From: Basidiobolus meristosporus CBS 931.73
Taxonomy: Eukaryota; Fungi; Basidiobolomycota
DNA: 64,000 bases
NCBI GenBank assembly: GCA_002104905.1
Contig: MCFE01000145.1
Location: 62,001 to 126,000, forward strand
Direction: 5' to 3'
Below the pieces are notes generated by a model. The model was not told the origin of the DNA. It saw only the letters and a program-made list of their open reading frames with translations, and did no database searches. Below are positions 63,423 through 64,000 of this stretch, one piece after another; position 1 is the stretch's first letter; every line of letters begins with the position of its first letter. The position numbers and the translations under genes were made by a program.

Positions 63423-64000
63423 AAAAGGAGCTGCTGATATCTGCTTAAGATAGGCTTAGAAGGACTCTGAACAGGACTTTCTGGGATTTTGTGATGCCGA
63501 TTGGGGACCAAATTTAGATGACAGAAGCTCCACCACAGCATACATCTCCGTTGACTGTGTCGCAGCAATCTCATGGAGCTCATGAAGGCCACCGACTGCG
63601 GTATTTTTCACCACAGAGGCAGAGTATATGGCAGCCTGTGAAGCCACAAAGTAAGAAATGAGACAAAGAAAGAGTTTCAAAGATTAGGATTTATGCCCAA
63701 AATACACTACAACTGAATTTCAAGATAGTTAAGTGTGTAAGCCATTGGGTAGAAGTCCAGCTTTTCGTACTAGAACTAAGGATCGAGAGAATCGGCATCA
63801 TTTTATACAGGGAAGCTATAGAGGACAACTTAGTAACTTAACCCACTGTCCTACCAATGAAACCATTGCGGACCTACTCACAAAACCATTAGCCGGAGAC
63901 AAATTAGAATATCTAGATCACTCTTGAGTCTAGAGAATCTGTATATTTAGTGGAGTGGGAGTGTTGAAAATCTTGTAATCACACCTAAATATTCACCGAA
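63423..64000 (+). mobile_element. pol: Copia RNase H remnant, PPT and start of a 3' LTR-E
   Basis: FCDADWG, TTEAEYMAA, RHHFI, IADLLTKPL. GAGTGGGAG precedes TGTTGAAA at 63962. Confidence 0.85.

Noticed and set aside
1-64000. Classical RIP (CpA to TpA)
   Set aside because: Copy-to-copy differences I inspected centre on CpG, and CpA/TpG remain abundant. This fits 5mC deamination better, although no RIP index was computed.

Overview
This 64-kb window is a eukaryotic, probably fungal, transposable-element nest. I found no host protein-coding gene, tRNA, rRNA or CRISPR array. It holds five kinds of element. (1) A PHIS-superfamily (PIF/Harbinger-ISL2EU-like) DNA transposon with short AGACTTGTT termini and ANT target duplications, i.e. 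Pangu-like: four young copies plus several older relics. It carries a ~294-aa DDE transposase and, head-to-head, a reconstructable ~415-aa second gene. (2) Two MITE types built from the ends of that family. (3) A CACTA/EnSpm-like family with C(A/C)CTATGAAAAATAATTT termini and a divergent second ORF. (4) At least three Ty3/Gypsy families plus a further solo-LTR family. (5) Two Ty1/Copia families. Elements nest up to five levels deep and are strongly CpG-depleted, with a CpG to TpG/CpA signature. The most notable object is the two-gene Pangu-like element at 3934-7351. Its transposase is intact and almost CpG-free, while its second gene is CpG-rich and carries a stop at the same inferred CGA codon in each young copy that retains it. 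All alignments and counts were made by eye and no database searches were run. Boundaries of degenerate relics are approximate.
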